In this document: one piece after another, positions 26,723 to 36,882 of the stretch
Position numbering within the stretch: position 1 is the stretch's first letter
Layout of the letters: each line of letters starts with the position of its first letter
Source: an uncultured Candidatus Saccharibacteria bacterium
GTDB lineage: Bacteria > Patescibacteriota > Minisyncoccia > Phycocordibacterales > CAIRYW01
DNA: 64,000 nt
Reading direction: 5' to 3'
NCBI GenBank assembly: GCA_964446625.1
Contig: CAYUPH010000005.1
Location: forward strand, 1,432 to 65,431
Program-made: the position numbers and the translations under genes
The notes under the pieces: generated by a model
What the model was told of the DNA's origin: nothing
Databases searched by the model: none
Seen by the model: the letters and a program-made list of their open reading frames with translations, nothing else

Positions 26723-28480
26723 ATGCAGAAAAACAAAAAACAATTAGGTGTTTTTGGCCATTACTATAAATCTTTAGGTAAGAGGTTTGTTGCTGTTTTT
26801 GCACTTGAATTTGTTGTCTTAGGTGGAAGTATATTTATTTCGAATATCCTTCTTCCTAACTACTATAAAAACATTATTGATGCTATTACGACAGGAGAAA
26901 CCTATACGTATATTATAAAAATTATTACATCAGTATTATTTTTGGGGTTAATAGAAGTTTTACTAGATCGTACGTTTGAGATTATTGATTCAAGAGTTAT
27001 TTCACGAGCATTTGTTAGAAATGGTGATTATGCTCTAAGAGAATTAACTAGTCATTCCTATCAGTTTTTTGCCAATAATTTTGCTGGTTCTTTAGTAACA
27101 AAGTTAAAAAGGTTTGTTACTTCTATTGATCAGCTTGTAGGAATCATCATTCGCGACTTTTTGTATGCAATTATAAGTGTTGTAGGAGTTATCGTTGTTC
27201 TTTTTTTAAACAATAAATTACTTGGGATTACCGCCCTTCTTTGTTTTAGTGTGTTTTTTGTTGTAATGGTCTTGTTTACAAAAAAACGTATCCCGTTAGA
27301 AAGAGAAAAAAGTAAAATGGAATCAAAAGTTACAGGAGTCGTATCCGACATAATAACCAACATCTTGAACCTTAAACTATTCTCTTCGCAGAAAAAAGAA
27401 ATGGAAAATTTCAATATCCTTCAAGAGGAAGATCACCGTATTCGAATTAAGACTTGGAGTTGGGCGAATAGTGCATACACTGTGCAAGCGATAATAAGCA
27501 TGTTTTCAAAAGTTTTACTTATTTATCTTAGTGTGTACTTGTGGAGTATAGGAGAAATTACAAGTGGAACAATTGTATTAGTAATTTCTTACAGTACCAT
27601 TCTATTTAATAGACTAGGATCGCTTGGTAGTGCGATAAGGCGTTTTACGGATGCATATACAACCGCGAAAGAATTTACTGATGTTTTAAACCAAGAAATA
27701 GAAATAAAGGATTCTTTGTCGCCACTCAAGAGTTCTGTAAAGAAAGGGGAGATAATATTTAATAACGTCTTATTTTCTTACAAGGATGGGGCACCAATAT
27801 TTAAAAACTTTTATCTAAAAATAAACCCAGGGGAAAAAGTTGGGATTGTTGGAACAAGCGGTGCGGGTAAAACTACTATTACGAAATTGTTGCTTAGATT
27901 TGCGGATGTGACAGAGGGAGAAATTTTAGTCGATGGAACTGATATTCGTAATGTAACACAAGATGATTTAAGATCTGTGATATCATACGTTCCTCAAGAT
28001 CCCATTTTATTTCATAGAACACTCAGAGAAAATATTGCATACGGGAAACCTGATGCAAGTCCAGATGAAATTGAGAGTGCTTCTAAGGAAGCTCATGCAC
28101 ACGAGTTTATTTCTGGTCTTAGTATGGGATATGACACACTTGTAGGAGAACGTGGGATTAAATTGTCGGGTGGTGAAAGGCAAAGAGTGGCTATTGCGAG
28201 AGCGATACTTAAAAATGCTCCCATTCTTTTACTTGATGAAGCAACTAGTGCTCTAGATTCCGTTTCAGAAATGCATATAAAAGAAGCTTTAAATAGGCTT
28301 ATGGAGGGAAGAACAACTATTGTAATTGCTCATCGTTTATCAACAATAGAAAAAATGGATAGAATTATTGTTCTCGAAAAAGGGGTAATAGTGGAAGAAG
28401 GAAGTCATAAACATCTTCTATCAAAAAAAGGGATATATTTTAATTTTTGGAGTCACCAAAACGGTGGGTTTATTGAATAA
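26723..28480 (+). CDS. ABC exporter with fused permease and ATPase domains
   Basis: N-terminal TM domain; GTSGAGKT, LSGGERQR, LLLDEATSALD, IAHRLST. Confidence 0.95.
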   Translation: MQKNKKQLGVFGHYYKSLGKRFVAVFALEFVVLGGSIFISNILLPNYYKNIIDAITTGETYTYIIKIITSVLFLGLIEVLLDRTFEIIDSRVISRAFVRNGDYALRELTSHSYQFFANNFAGSLVTKLKRFVTSIDQLVGIIIRDFLYAIISVVGVIVVLFLNNKLLGITALLCFSVFFVVMVLFTKKRIPLEREKSKMESKVTGVVSDIITNILNLKLFSSQKKEMENFNILQEEDHRIRIKTWSWANSAYTVQAIISMFSKVLLIYLSVYLWSIGEITSGTIVLVISYSTILFNRLGSLGSAIRRFTDAYTTAKEFTDVLNQEIEIKDSLSPLKSSVKKGEIIFNNVLFSYKDGAPIFKNFYLKINPGEKVGIVGTSGAGKTTITKLLLRFADVTEGEILVDGTDIRNVTQDDLRSVISYVPQDPILFHRTLRENIAYGKPDASPDEIESASKEAHAHEFISGLSMGYDTLVGERGIKLSGGERQRVAIARAILKNAPILLLDEATSALDSVSEMHIKEALNRLMEGRTTIVIAHRLSTIEKMDRIIVLEKGVIVEEGSHKHLLSKKGIYFNFWSHQNGGFIE

Positions 28481-28503
28481 CAGTTTTTTGCTAATATTTA
28501 AGT

Positions 28504-29049
28504 ATGAAAATTACAATCTTTGGAATGGCAGGTACAGGAACAAGTAGTACAGGAAAGCTCCTTGCAGAGAGACTTGGGTACCCGTTTGTGTCGGGAGGAG
28601 ACATGGGGCGCCTTACTGCAAAAGAGCTCGGTGTTAGCTTAAATGAGCTCGAGGATCTTTCTAAAAAAGACAAAAAATATGATTTGCTACGTGACGAACA
28701 TCTAAAGAAGTTTGGTATGGAAAACGAGGATGCTGTCATCGAGGCAAGGCTTGGTTGGTACTCAGTTCCTGATTCGATAAAAATAAAACTCACATGTCCA
28801 GATGATGTTAGATTAAAAAGAATTGCGGATAGAGAAAACAAAGATCTTGCGCAAGTTGAAGCAGAAACAGTACATAGAGAAAAAGCAATAAAAGAGAGGT
28901 TTAAGGAGTACTATAATATGGATTTTGATAGAGATACTGCAGATGACAGGTTTGACCTTGTTTTGGATACTTCACTCGCAGACCTGGAAGGGATAGTGCT
29001 CGGGATAATAAACTTTTTAAAAGTAAAAGGTTTGGAAAAGGAAATCTAA
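28504..29049 (+). CDS. cmk: Archaeal-type cytidylate kinase
   Basis: ITIFGMAGTGTSS, SGGDMGR, VIEARLG, RLKRIADRE, RFKEYY, FDLVLDTS. Confidence 0.8.
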   Translation: MKITIFGMAGTGTSSTGKLLAERLGYPFVSGGDMGRLTAKELGVSLNELEDLSKKDKKYDLLRDEHLKKFGMENEDAVIEARLGWYSVPDSIKIKLTCPDDVRLKRIADRENKDLAQVEAETVHREKAIKERFKEYYNMDFDRDTADDRFDLVLDTSLADLEGIVLGIINFLKVKGLEKEI

Positions 29050-29050
29050 A

Positions 29051-29425
29051 ATGGTAAAAAAAGTCGCAATAATTTTAGGAAGCCTCTTTTTTGCATTAGG
29101 ACTATTTTCTCTTACGCCAAATATTCTGATGGGGGAAAATGGTTTGTTTTTTACTAACACCCCGCTTTCGCTTTTTTATATTTTGGTAGGTACATACATT
29201 TTATTTTCAGTGACTAAAAGCGATAGGGCAATTTTAAAGAGTCTTCAAAATACAAGTGTCGTTCTTTTTGCTTTCGTAGCGATCGCCATCGCAACAAAAG
29301 GGTTTGAGGCAGAGTACCTTTTTGGGATATTTTCAATAAATATTTTTAATTATTTTCTTCAAGGCGCACTCGCTACCCTAATAGTTTACTTAGCTGGGTA
29401 CGCTGTTCGCAAAAATTCACACTAA
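29051..29425 (+). CDS. Hypothetical membrane protein (about 4 TM helices)
   Basis: Hydrophobic ORF starting 1 nt after the cmk stop. Confidence 0.7.
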   Translation: MVKKVAIILGSLFFALGLFSLTPNILMGENGLFFTNTPLSLFYILVGTYILFSVTKSDRAILKSLQNTSVVLFAFVAIAIATKGFEAEYLFGIFSINIFNYFLQGALATLIVYLAGYAVRKNSH

Positions 29426-29426
29426 G

Positions 29427-29903
29427 ATGAAGCATGTAAAATAAATCGGCACATGGATTGTCTACTTACTCCTACTTTGTTCTTTTGTTTTTCTTTGTTT
29501 TGAACTAACGAAAGATTTTATTTTAAAACAGGAACATTTGGAGGGACTCTTTAGTGGAAAATTTCTTCCCAAGATAGAGGTAGAAAAACCTTTCCAAAAT
29601 GAAAAAATCAAAAGCCCTCTTTTTGTAGCAGGTGTGGCTGGATCTACATGGTTTAACAAGGAAGAGACTTTTGAAATTGAGCTACTTGATGAAAGTGGAG
29701 GGCGTGTTGCTACTGGAAAAGTCTTTAAAACTGATGAAAGGGGTGAAGGGGACAAGCCTGAAATGTTCCATTTTAAAGGCGCAATTACCTTTAGAACTCC
29801 AAAGAGTAAAACAGGGACACTCCAGTTTTACCGCTCTAAGGGGGAAAACTACGACAGCTCTTACCCTGACACTTTTAGTGTCCCAGTGCTTTTTGAAAAG
29901 TAG
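29427..29903 (+). pseudogene. Gmad2 Ig-like domain protein interrupted by an in-frame TAA at codon 6
   Basis: ATG29427 reads MKHVK*IGTWIVYLLLLCSFCFLCF..., in frame with the 29538-29903 ORF (IEVEKPFQNEKIKSPLFVAG...WF...F.IELLD). Confidence 0.6.
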
Positions 29904-29921
29904 CTATGATATAATGGATAT

Positions 29922-30185
29922 ATGGAAGGAGTAATGAAATCAGACATATTCTTCTTTATTACAACGGTATGCGTCGTCGTTCTTTCCCTTGGAGGACTTT
30001 TTCTCCTTCTTTATGTTCTCAGAATTGCACATGATGTCCAGAAGATTGTGGGCAGAGTGCGAACTGAGGGTGAAGAAATCATGTCTGACCTCAAGGAAGC
30101 AAGACTTCTAGTAAAGGAGAGAGGCGTGTCGCTTATTAACATAATTGCTTCGTTTTTTGGAATGAAGCAGAAACGCAAAAAATAA
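29922..30185 (+). CDS. Small membrane protein
   Basis: One TM helix plus an amphipathic helix; TATAAT 6 nt upstream. Confidence 0.75.
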   Translation: MEGVMKSDIFFFITTVCVVVLSLGGLFLLLYVLRIAHDVQKIVGRVRTEGEEIMSDLKEARLLVKERGVSLINIIASFFGMKQKRKK

Positions 30186-30186
30186 A

Positions 30187-30576
30187 ATGGCAAAAAAGAA
30201 AGCTGAAAAAGGAAATGGAAAAGCAATCGGTGCTGCAATTGCAGTAGCAGGAGCGGCTCTTGGAGCGTATTTTCTATATGGGACAAAAGAAGGATCTAAA
30301 CAGCGAAAAAAGATTTCTGGATGGGTTCTGAAAGCAAAAGGCGAGGTTCTTGAAAAGATTGAAGGTGTAAAAAACCTCGATGAGTCGTCTTATCGAAAGG
30401 TGGTTGATACCGTGATGGCTAAGTATAACAAAGTGAAAGCTGAGCACGCACCTGAGCTCGAGGCGGTGTCAAAAGAGCTACATGGGTACTGGAATACTCT
30501 AAAGAAAAATCTTAAAAAAGAATTTGTAGCAAAAAAGAAACCTGCACGAAAAGTAGCAACTAAAAAAACTGCATAA
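30187..30576 (+). CDS. YtxH-like basic protein with an N-terminal hydrophobic helix
   Basis: GAAIAVAGAALGAYFLYGTKEGSKQRKKI pattern. Confidence 0.7.
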   Translation: MAKKKAEKGNGKAIGAAIAVAGAALGAYFLYGTKEGSKQRKKISGWVLKAKGEVLEKIEGVKNLDESSYRKVVDTVMAKYNKVKAEHAPELEAVSKELHGYWNTLKKNLKKEFVAKKKPARKVATKKTA

Positions 30577-30582
30577 GACACA

Positions 30583-31431
30583 ATGAAGAGCATTTTCAAA
30601 TTTGTTTTTGGAATTGCTTTTCTTTTAGTTCTATTTGGTTTTTTGGCAAAAGACCTCACTCACTTTCAGGGTGGGGTTCTTTCCTTTTTGAAGGAGCATA
30701 CTCCGACAGAATTAAAGGATTCGTTAAAAGAAATTCAAACAAGCCTTCCTGATCTACCAAATCCGCTCGTTCAAAAAGGAGAAAATGAAGGATTTCTCGA
30801 GAGTTCAAAAATCATTTTGCATACAAATAGTGAGAGAACAAAAGAGGGAAAGAAGGAACTTAAAAAGAGTGCCCTCCTCACACAAATTGCTTCAAAAAAA
30901 GCAGAGGACATGTTTAAAAATGGATATTTTGAACACGTGTCTCCAGAAGGAAAAGGTCCCGCCGAACTTGCAAAGGAAAACCGTTACGAATATATTTCGA
31001 TAGGAGAAAACTTGGCACTCGGAATTTTTAAGGACGAAGCGGATCTTGTGAAGGCGTGGATGGACAGTCCGGGCCACAGAGAAAATATTTTATCTGACAA
31101 ATATACAGAGATTGGTGTTGTTGCAAGAAAAGGAATTTATAAGGGGGAGAGTGTTTGGATATCTGTCCAAGAATTTGGCAGACCACTATCGGATTGTGGG
31201 AGCGTATCAGAAACAGAAAGGGAAAGGATTAAAAGCGAGTCTGAAGCACTTGCGCGTCTATCCTTAGAACTTGAAAAACTAAAGAAGGAAGCGGATTCTG
31301 GAGATTCAGGAAAGGTCAGTGAATATAATATGAAGGCTGAGGAGTACAATCAAAGACTTCGCCTCCTAAAAGCGTCTATTAAAGCGTTCAATAAAACAGT
31401 TGATTCTTTCAACGAGTGTACTGAAGAGTAG
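30583..31431 (+). CDS. CAP (SCP) domain protein, membrane anchored
   Basis: TNSER, KAEDM...YFEHVSP, GENLA, AWMDSPGHRENIL, EIGV, VQEFG. Confidence 0.92.
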   Translation: MKSIFKFVFGIAFLLVLFGFLAKDLTHFQGGVLSFLKEHTPTELKDSLKEIQTSLPDLPNPLVQKGENEGFLESSKIILHTNSERTKEGKKELKKSALLTQIASKKAEDMFKNGYFEHVSPEGKGPAELAKENRYEYISIGENLALGIFKDEADLVKAWMDSPGHRENILSDKYTEIGVVARKGIYKGESVWISVQEFGRPLSDCGSVSETERERIKSESEALARLSLELEKLKKEADSGDSGKVSEYNMKAEEYNQRLRLLKASIKAFNKTVDSFNECTEE

Positions 31432-31433
31432 GT

Positions 31434-32612
31434 CTATTTTGTATCTTCGATTTCAAAAAGTGGGTAGACTCCGATAAGAAGAAGGATTCCCAGAAGTGGG
31501 AACATGTACTCCATCGAAACATATTTAAGAGCAACACTACCTACAAGAGGCCCCAGTATGTAAGCGGTGGGGCTTCCAAGACTAAAGATACTTATAAGTT
31601 CATCACGCCCTTTACTTTTCTTGTAGAAATATCCTTCAACAGAAGTTTCAACAATACTTGCTCCTACACGAACCATGAATATAATTGTAGTCCAAAGAGC
31701 AAAACTGCCGCTTTTAATGAAAGGGAAAAGACAGAGGGCGAGGGCGCTAATTATAAAACCACTTATTAGAAATTCTTTCTCACCTGTTTTTCTATCTGCT
31801 ATTTCGCCAACTGGAATTTCAAGAAGAAGAAAAGGGAGAAGGGTAATGCTAATAAGAAGGCCAATATCACCCCAAGACAAGCCTACGTATTTTTGAAGGA
31901 ATATGGGCACAAAAATGATAAGCCATGAGAACAAGAATTGAAGCATAAAGCCAGCAAGACCAATCTTCCTGATATTCTTGTCAGCCATAAATTCACCAAA
32001 CTCTTTAGGAATATCAATTTCCTTGTACTCTCCATTTGGGATTTTTTTAAACGTTTTCCATATACTTATGAAAAACAAGAACATAAAGAATGCTGAGAAA
32101 ATATAGATTGAGCGAATACTTTCTCCTCCAGCAATAATTGATCCAACAAGGAGAGGGCAGACTACTGCAGCGGAAGAAAGGAGTGTGAGAAAAGATGCGC
32201 GCATTCGTCCAAGTTTTTCTGGCTTAGTTTGGTCTTCAATTGTTACATTTAGGCACAGGAGAGCAAGAGGTGTGATTGCGTGATGAAGTATATAGGTAAC
32301 AAGGATAAGAGTTTTTGATACCGCAAATGCAAGAATGAGTAGAAAAATAATTTCAACAACAGAAATAAAAAGCAAAGTGTCATACAGAGAAAAACGCTTT
32401 GTGATTTTCGGCATACGCAAGACAATCAGAATATTGATGACCGCGCCTGCTGAGTAAAGGAGTCCTACTAGGCTCCCTGGAACAAAGCCACTTAAAAACG
32501 TTGAGTTTATATACGTTATGAGGTAGTAGTGAAAAGACAAGAAAAGAGCCGATGTAAAAATGTGGACGTATTTTTTTTCGTCTTTTCCTATCTTTATAAC
32601 CTCTTTGTACAT
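31434..32612 (-). CDS. Major facilitator superfamily transporter
   Basis: About 12 TM helices; motif-A-like GEIADRKTGEK. Confidence 0.85.
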   Translation of the reverse strand: MYKEVIKIGKDEKKYVHIFTSALFLSFHYYLITYINSTFLSGFVPGSLVGLLYSAGAVINILIVLRMPKITKRFSLYDTLLFISVVEIIFLLILAFAVSKTLILVTYILHHAITPLALLCLNVTIEDQTKPEKLGRMRASFLTLLSSAAVVCPLLVGSIIAGGESIRSIYIFSAFFMFLFFISIWKTFKKIPNGEYKEIDIPKEFGEFMADKNIRKIGLAGFMLQFLFSWLIIFVPIFLQKYVGLSWGDIGLLISITLLPFLLLEIPVGEIADRKTGEKEFLISGFIISALALCLFPFIKSGSFALWTTIIFMVRVGASIVETSVEGYFYKKSKGRDELISIFSLGSPTAYILGPLVGSVALKYVSMEYMFPLLGILLLIGVYPLFEIEDTK

Positions 32613-32646
32613 ATTTTATAATTATAAGTCTAAGGAGAAGAAATAA

Positions 32647-32681
32647 CAAAAGGCCGGAAAGCGAAGCTTTCCGGCCTTTTG
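32647..32681 (-). terminator. Intrinsic terminator after rnj (symmetric)
   Basis: caaaaggccggaaagc-gaa-gctttccggccttttg. Confidence 0.9.
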
Positions 32682-32690
32682 AAGAGGCTC

Positions 32691-34706
32691 TTAAATTCCA
32701 AGTACAACCGGAATTACGATCGGTCTCTTTGCTGTCTTTTGAAACAGAAAACGAGAAAGGTTATCTGTGACTGCTGATTTTACAAACTCAAAGTTAATTG
32801 GGTGCATTCCAGCTGTGTTATCCTCAATTGTCTTTTTTATAATGATTCGTGCTTGCCTGAGAAGTTCTTGGTTTTCTCTAAGGTATACGAAACCTCGAGA
32901 AATAATGTCAGGAGATTTTTTTAGTTTTCCTGTATCAGAGTTTACTGTAGCGATAATAACAAACATACCATCTTGTGAGAGCATTTGTCTGTCACGAATA
33001 ACAACTTCCTGCATGTCTCCAATAGCAAACCCATCTACCATAACTGGCCCTCCGGGTGCTTTTTCTTTTCGTTCAGTAATCTTTTCACCATCGGCAGAGA
33101 TTTCGATAAGTGAACCATTGTCTGGAATTACAATATTTTCTTTTGGAGTACCGAGGTTTTCTGCAAGTTCGCCGTGGAGTCTAAGCATGTAATGGTTTCC
33201 GTGAATTGGCACAAAGAATTTTGGCCGGAGCTTTCGGTGGAGCCATTCGATTTCTCCTCTGTTTCCATGTCCTGTTGAATGGATAAAAACTTCAGAAGTT
33301 CTGTAGTGTACTATTCGAACCCCGTGACGCGCAAGGTTGTCCTTTAGTTTTTGTACCGCTCGCTCGTTTCCAGGAATGATTGAAGCAGAGAGTACAACAG
33401 TATCGTTTTTGGTGATCTGAATGTACTTATAATTCTTGTTGGCCATTCGAGAAAGAGCAGAGAATTCTTCTCCTTGTCCTCCTGTTGCAAGCACAACAAT
33501 TCGGTCCGGTGGGTAGTTAGGAATTTCAGAAGCGGGAATGATGGTATCTTTTTTGACTTCCATAAGTCGTGCTTCCTTACAAATATCGATGTTGTTTTTC
33601 ATGCTTCGGCCTTCAACAACTATTTTTTTGTTGTAGCTTTCTGCGGCTTGAATCACTTTTACAACTCGAGAAATATGTGAGGCAAACATCGCAAGAATAA
33701 GACGTCCTTTTGTAGTTCGAATAATCTCAGCAAGGTTTTCGTGCACTAAAGCTTCCGGAGTTGAAAAACCTGGGTTCTCAATGTTTGTTGAGTCAGTCAT
33801 AAGAAGAAGAGTTTTCTCTTTTCCAAGGTCTCCGTACACCTTTTCTTCGTATGCTTCGGGTACTCCGTCTTTGTGATCCAGCTTGTAGTCTCCTGGGTTT
33901 ACAATATTTCCATGTGGTGTGCGGATTGCAATTCCCATACAGTCAGGAATAGAGTGAGTTACTCCAAAAAACTTTACTTTCATTTTTCCAAGGGTAACTT
34001 CCTCGTCCTTCTCTACAATTTTGTAGTCAATTGGTGGAACATGAGGAAACTCAGATTGTCTTTTTTTAATCATAAGACCAGTAAGGTTTCGAGTATAAAG
34101 TGGCGGGTTTCCAATTCGTGGCATGATATAAGGAATACCTCCAATGTGATCAAGGTGCCCGTGAGTTATACAGATAGCTCTGATTTTGTCTTTTCTATCC
34201 TCAAGATATTTTGTATTAGGAAGAATATAGTCAATTCCTGGCGTATCTTCGTCCTGAAAAGCAAAACCTGCATCGATAACAAGAATATCGTTATCGATTT
34301 CGATCGCTGTCATGTTTTTTCCGATTTCTTCAACGCCTCCTAGTGGAATGATTCGGATTATTCCAGGAGCAGGAGGAGCAATTACGGGCTCTCTCTTTTC
34401 TTTTCGTCTTTCTTCTCCTTCTCCTCCATGATCGGCGTGATTGTGAGAGTGTGAATGCATATGCGAGTGAGAATGAGAGTGGGGTTTTGCATGTGAAGGT
34501 CCACCTCTGCGCGGAGCAGAGTGTTTCTTTTCTTTTGCCTCATCAAAAACCTCTTTAGGTGAAAAAGGTTCTCTTCGAATGCGTGGCGCGTCCTTTGCAG
34601 GAGTTGCTGAACCGGCATCCTTCACTTCTTTGTGAATAGCCCGTGTATCCGCTTCTTTTATTGGGTTTCTCCGATTTCGGAAAATTGTTTTCTTTCTGTG
34701 TTCCAT
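32691..34706 (-). CDS. rnj: Ribonuclease J with a charged, His-rich N-terminal extension
   Basis: PLGGVEEIGKNM, THGHLDHIGG, HSIPD, DSTN, HSTGH, PIHG, TAKRPIVIPV. Confidence 0.96.
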   Translation of the reverse strand: MEHRKKTIFRNRRNPIKEADTRAIHKEVKDAGSATPAKDAPRIRREPFSPKEVFDEAKEKKHSAPRRGGPSHAKPHSHSHSHMHSHSHNHADHGGEGEERRKEKREPVIAPPAPGIIRIIPLGGVEEIGKNMTAIEIDNDILVIDAGFAFQDEDTPGIDYILPNTKYLEDRKDKIRAICITHGHLDHIGGIPYIMPRIGNPPLYTRNLTGLMIKKRQSEFPHVPPIDYKIVEKDEEVTLGKMKVKFFGVTHSIPDCMGIAIRTPHGNIVNPGDYKLDHKDGVPEAYEEKVYGDLGKEKTLLLMTDSTNIENPGFSTPEALVHENLAEIIRTTKGRLILAMFASHISRVVKVIQAAESYNKKIVVEGRSMKNNIDICKEARLMEVKKDTIIPASEIPNYPPDRIVVLATGGQGEEFSALSRMANKNYKYIQITKNDTVVLSASIIPGNERAVQKLKDNLARHGVRIVHYRTSEVFIHSTGHGNRGEIEWLHRKLRPKFFVPIHGNHYMLRLHGELAENLGTPKENIVIPDNGSLIEISADGEKITERKEKAPGGPVMVDGFAIGDMQEVVIRDRQMLSQDGMFVIIATVNSDTGKLKKSPDIISRGFVYLRENQELLRQARIIIKKTIEDNTAGMHPINFEFVKSAVTDNLSRFLFQKTAKRPIVIPVVLGI

Positions 34707-34725
34707 TATTTATTAATTTTAATTA

Positions 34726-36450
34726 TTAGTCTTTGATAAAAAATTTCCATACTTTTTCTGTTTCTATATACCACTTGTTTACTTCAAGAAATCTCTCAGA
34801 GGAAGATGTGATACCGTCTAGGTTTACTCCTTTTACATCATCAGGAAGGATATAGACACTTCTCGGAGAGAAAAGGAAAACTGCTGGAGTATCCTTTATG
34901 ATTTCTGTCTCAAATGATTTATAAAGCTCGATTTTTTTTGCAGTAGAAGTTTCTTGTCTTGCTTTGGTAAGAATGTCGTCTACTTTACTGTTGGTGTACA
35001 TGGCGATATTGAGTCCAGGATCATTCCTCTCTGATGAATGCCAAAAAGCATACAAATCCAAATCTCGTCCAATTACTTCTCCAAAGAGAAGTGCTTCGTA
35101 TCGACGAGGTCTGATTACATTCTGATTAAGGTCTGAAAGGTCAAAAATTTTGAGGGACACATCAGCTCCGAGTTTTTGCCATGAGGCCTGGAGGAGTTCA
35201 GCAGTTTTTTTGAGATCGGGCGCATTTGTCGTTGAAATAGAAAACTGAAGAGTTTTCTTTCCTGTTTTTTCTGTCTTTTCGTAAATTCCTTTTTCATTTT
35301 TCTTGAACCCAGCATTTTCTAAAATCTCTGTGGCTTTCTCCAAATTAAAATCTCTAGGTGGAATTGAAGAAATTACTGTTGGAAGGGGGCCGTACGCCGG
35401 AGCACCAAAGCCAAGAAGAGCGGTATCAATAATTTCTTGTCGGTTTACTGCAAGGTCGAGTGCTTTTCTGACATTAGCATCTGCGAGAACAGAAGAGGTG
35501 TTTTCGTTGAAAAAGACCCCATAAATTCGTGGAAGGGGAGAATTGATTTCTTCTGAGTCTTCAGCAACTTTCTTAACTTCGTTAAGGGCAGAAGAGCTAA
35601 TATTTCCAACAGCATTGATTTCTCCTTTTTTGAATGCCTCCACTAGTTTTCCTTCAGTTGGATAAACGTGAAGGAAAATCCTTTTAATAAAAGGTGCGCC
35701 TCCGGTATATTTATTGAAGCTTTCAAGTTCGTAGTATTCAGGAAGTCCCGCAGAGTTCGTTGAAACATTTGCGATTCTGTACGGACCAGATCCGATTGGC
35801 TCAAAATTTACTTTGCTATACACAAATGCATCGCTTCCTAGTTCTCCCCAAATATGTTTCGGCAAGATTCCAAGAGTAAGATTTTCAACAAAGGGTGCAT
35901 ACGGTTTCTTTAGATGGAATTCAATATTTTTTTCATCTATTACCTCAACTTCAACACCTTGCCATGCGGGTGCTTTGTTGCTTTTAAGAACCGGGTCGAT
36001 TGCTTTCCTGATTGTAAAATCAACATCTTCGGCTGTTACTTTCTCTCCATCATGAAAATATGCATCATCTCTAATTTTTACGGAGTAGGTAAGTCCGTCT
36101 TCAGACACAATATAGCTTTCTGCGATGTCGTTTACAAACTCACCGTCAGGTGTAGCTTTGAGGAGACCAGAGTACACGAGCCGGGTCAGATCCCTCCCTG
36201 AATCCGTAACAGATAAAAGAGGGTTAATAAAAAGTGGGTATCCAACCACACCTTCCTTGAGCTCTCCTCCAGGAGCAGGAACTTCAACAATAAACTCATC
36301 GTTTGCTTTGCTCAGTAGCCATAGGCTTGAAGCAGCAAAAAGCCCGACGAACGCATAAAACATAATCTTTTCTGCGAGAGAAAAAGATTCTATTGTGTGG
36401 AGTATTTTTGCGCGAAAAGAACGATTTTTTTCAGAGGAGAAAATTGACAT
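34726..36450 (-). CDS. Family-5 (oligopeptide) ABC substrate-binding protein, membrane anchored
   Basis: GGELKEG...INPLL, LVYSGL, FHDGEKVTAEDV, PIGSGPY, VRKAL..AVNR. Confidence 0.9.
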   Translation of the reverse strand: MSIFSSEKNRSFRAKILHTIESFSLAEKIMFYAFVGLFAASSLWLLSKANDEFIVEVPAPGGELKEGVVGYPLFINPLLSVTDSGRDLTRLVYSGLLKATPDGEFVNDIAESYIVSEDGLTYSVKIRDDAYFHDGEKVTAEDVDFTIRKAIDPVLKSNKAPAWQGVEVEVIDEKNIEFHLKKPYAPFVENLTLGILPKHIWGELGSDAFVYSKVNFEPIGSGPYRIANVSTNSAGLPEYYELESFNKYTGGAPFIKRIFLHVYPTEGKLVEAFKKGEINAVGNISSSALNEVKKVAEDSEEINSPLPRIYGVFFNENTSSVLADANVRKALDLAVNRQEIIDTALLGFGAPAYGPLPTVISSIPPRDFNLEKATEILENAGFKKNEKGIYEKTEKTGKKTLQFSISTTNAPDLKKTAELLQASWQKLGADVSLKIFDLSDLNQNVIRPRRYEALLFGEVIGRDLDLYAFWHSSERNDPGLNIAMYTNSKVDDILTKARQETSTAKKIELYKSFETEIIKDTPAVFLFSPRSVYILPDDVKGVNLDGITSSSERFLEVNKWYIETEKVWKFFIKD

Positions 36451-36484
36451 TGATAGAACAAATTTACTTTTTAATTAAGTTTTT

Positions 36485-36700
36485 TTACTTAATGATAAGA
36501 GCGGCAACTGCGCTCGCTACAAAAAGGAGTGTTACAACAATTGTTGTGTAGAAGACGATTTTTTCAGGTCCTCGTCTTGTTCGAATTCCAGAGGTAATAT
36601 CTCCACCACCAAAAGCGCTTCCAGCACCAGCTTCTGAATATTGCATTAAAACGAGCCCAACCAGAATCACTGAAAGGATAATTTGAATATAAGGTAACAT
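36485..36700 (-). CDS. secG: Preprotein translocase subunit SecG
   Basis: Two TM helices flanking LVLMQ...GAGSAFGGG...RRGPEK. Confidence 0.92.
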   Translation of the reverse strand: MLPYIQIILSVILVGLVLMQYSEAGAGSAFGGGDITSGIRTRRGPEKIVFYTTIVVTLLFVASAVAALIIK

Positions 36701-36882
36701 AGGTTTTAACTAAATGATTATATGTTAAGAGGCAACTTTCAACCGCTTTAGTAAGAGAGGAGAGAGTTACATTTATAAGGAGTCTAGCATAGATTCGGAA
36801 AAAGGCAATAGGCTGCATTTATCCACAAGTAAAAATAAAGTATGGTATAATTAAGACTCATTAATAAAGTAAATTTTTTAAT

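Noticed and set aside
26723-28480. AT-richer ABC exporter as a mobile island
   Set aside because: The compositional shift is only an impression by eye, and there are no flanking repeats or mobility genes.
28504-28560. Inactive kinase because the Walker A Lys is replaced by Thr (GTGTSS)
   Set aside because: To my knowledge GxGT(T/S) variants occur in archaeal-type cytidylate kinases, so this is not evidence of inactivation.
36819-36827. Perfect DnaA box (TTATCCACA) between secG and lemA as a possible origin
   Set aside because: It is a single box, with only scattered one-mismatch copies elsewhere (e.g. 59261). There is no cluster and no dnaA/dnaN nearby; at most a regulatory site.
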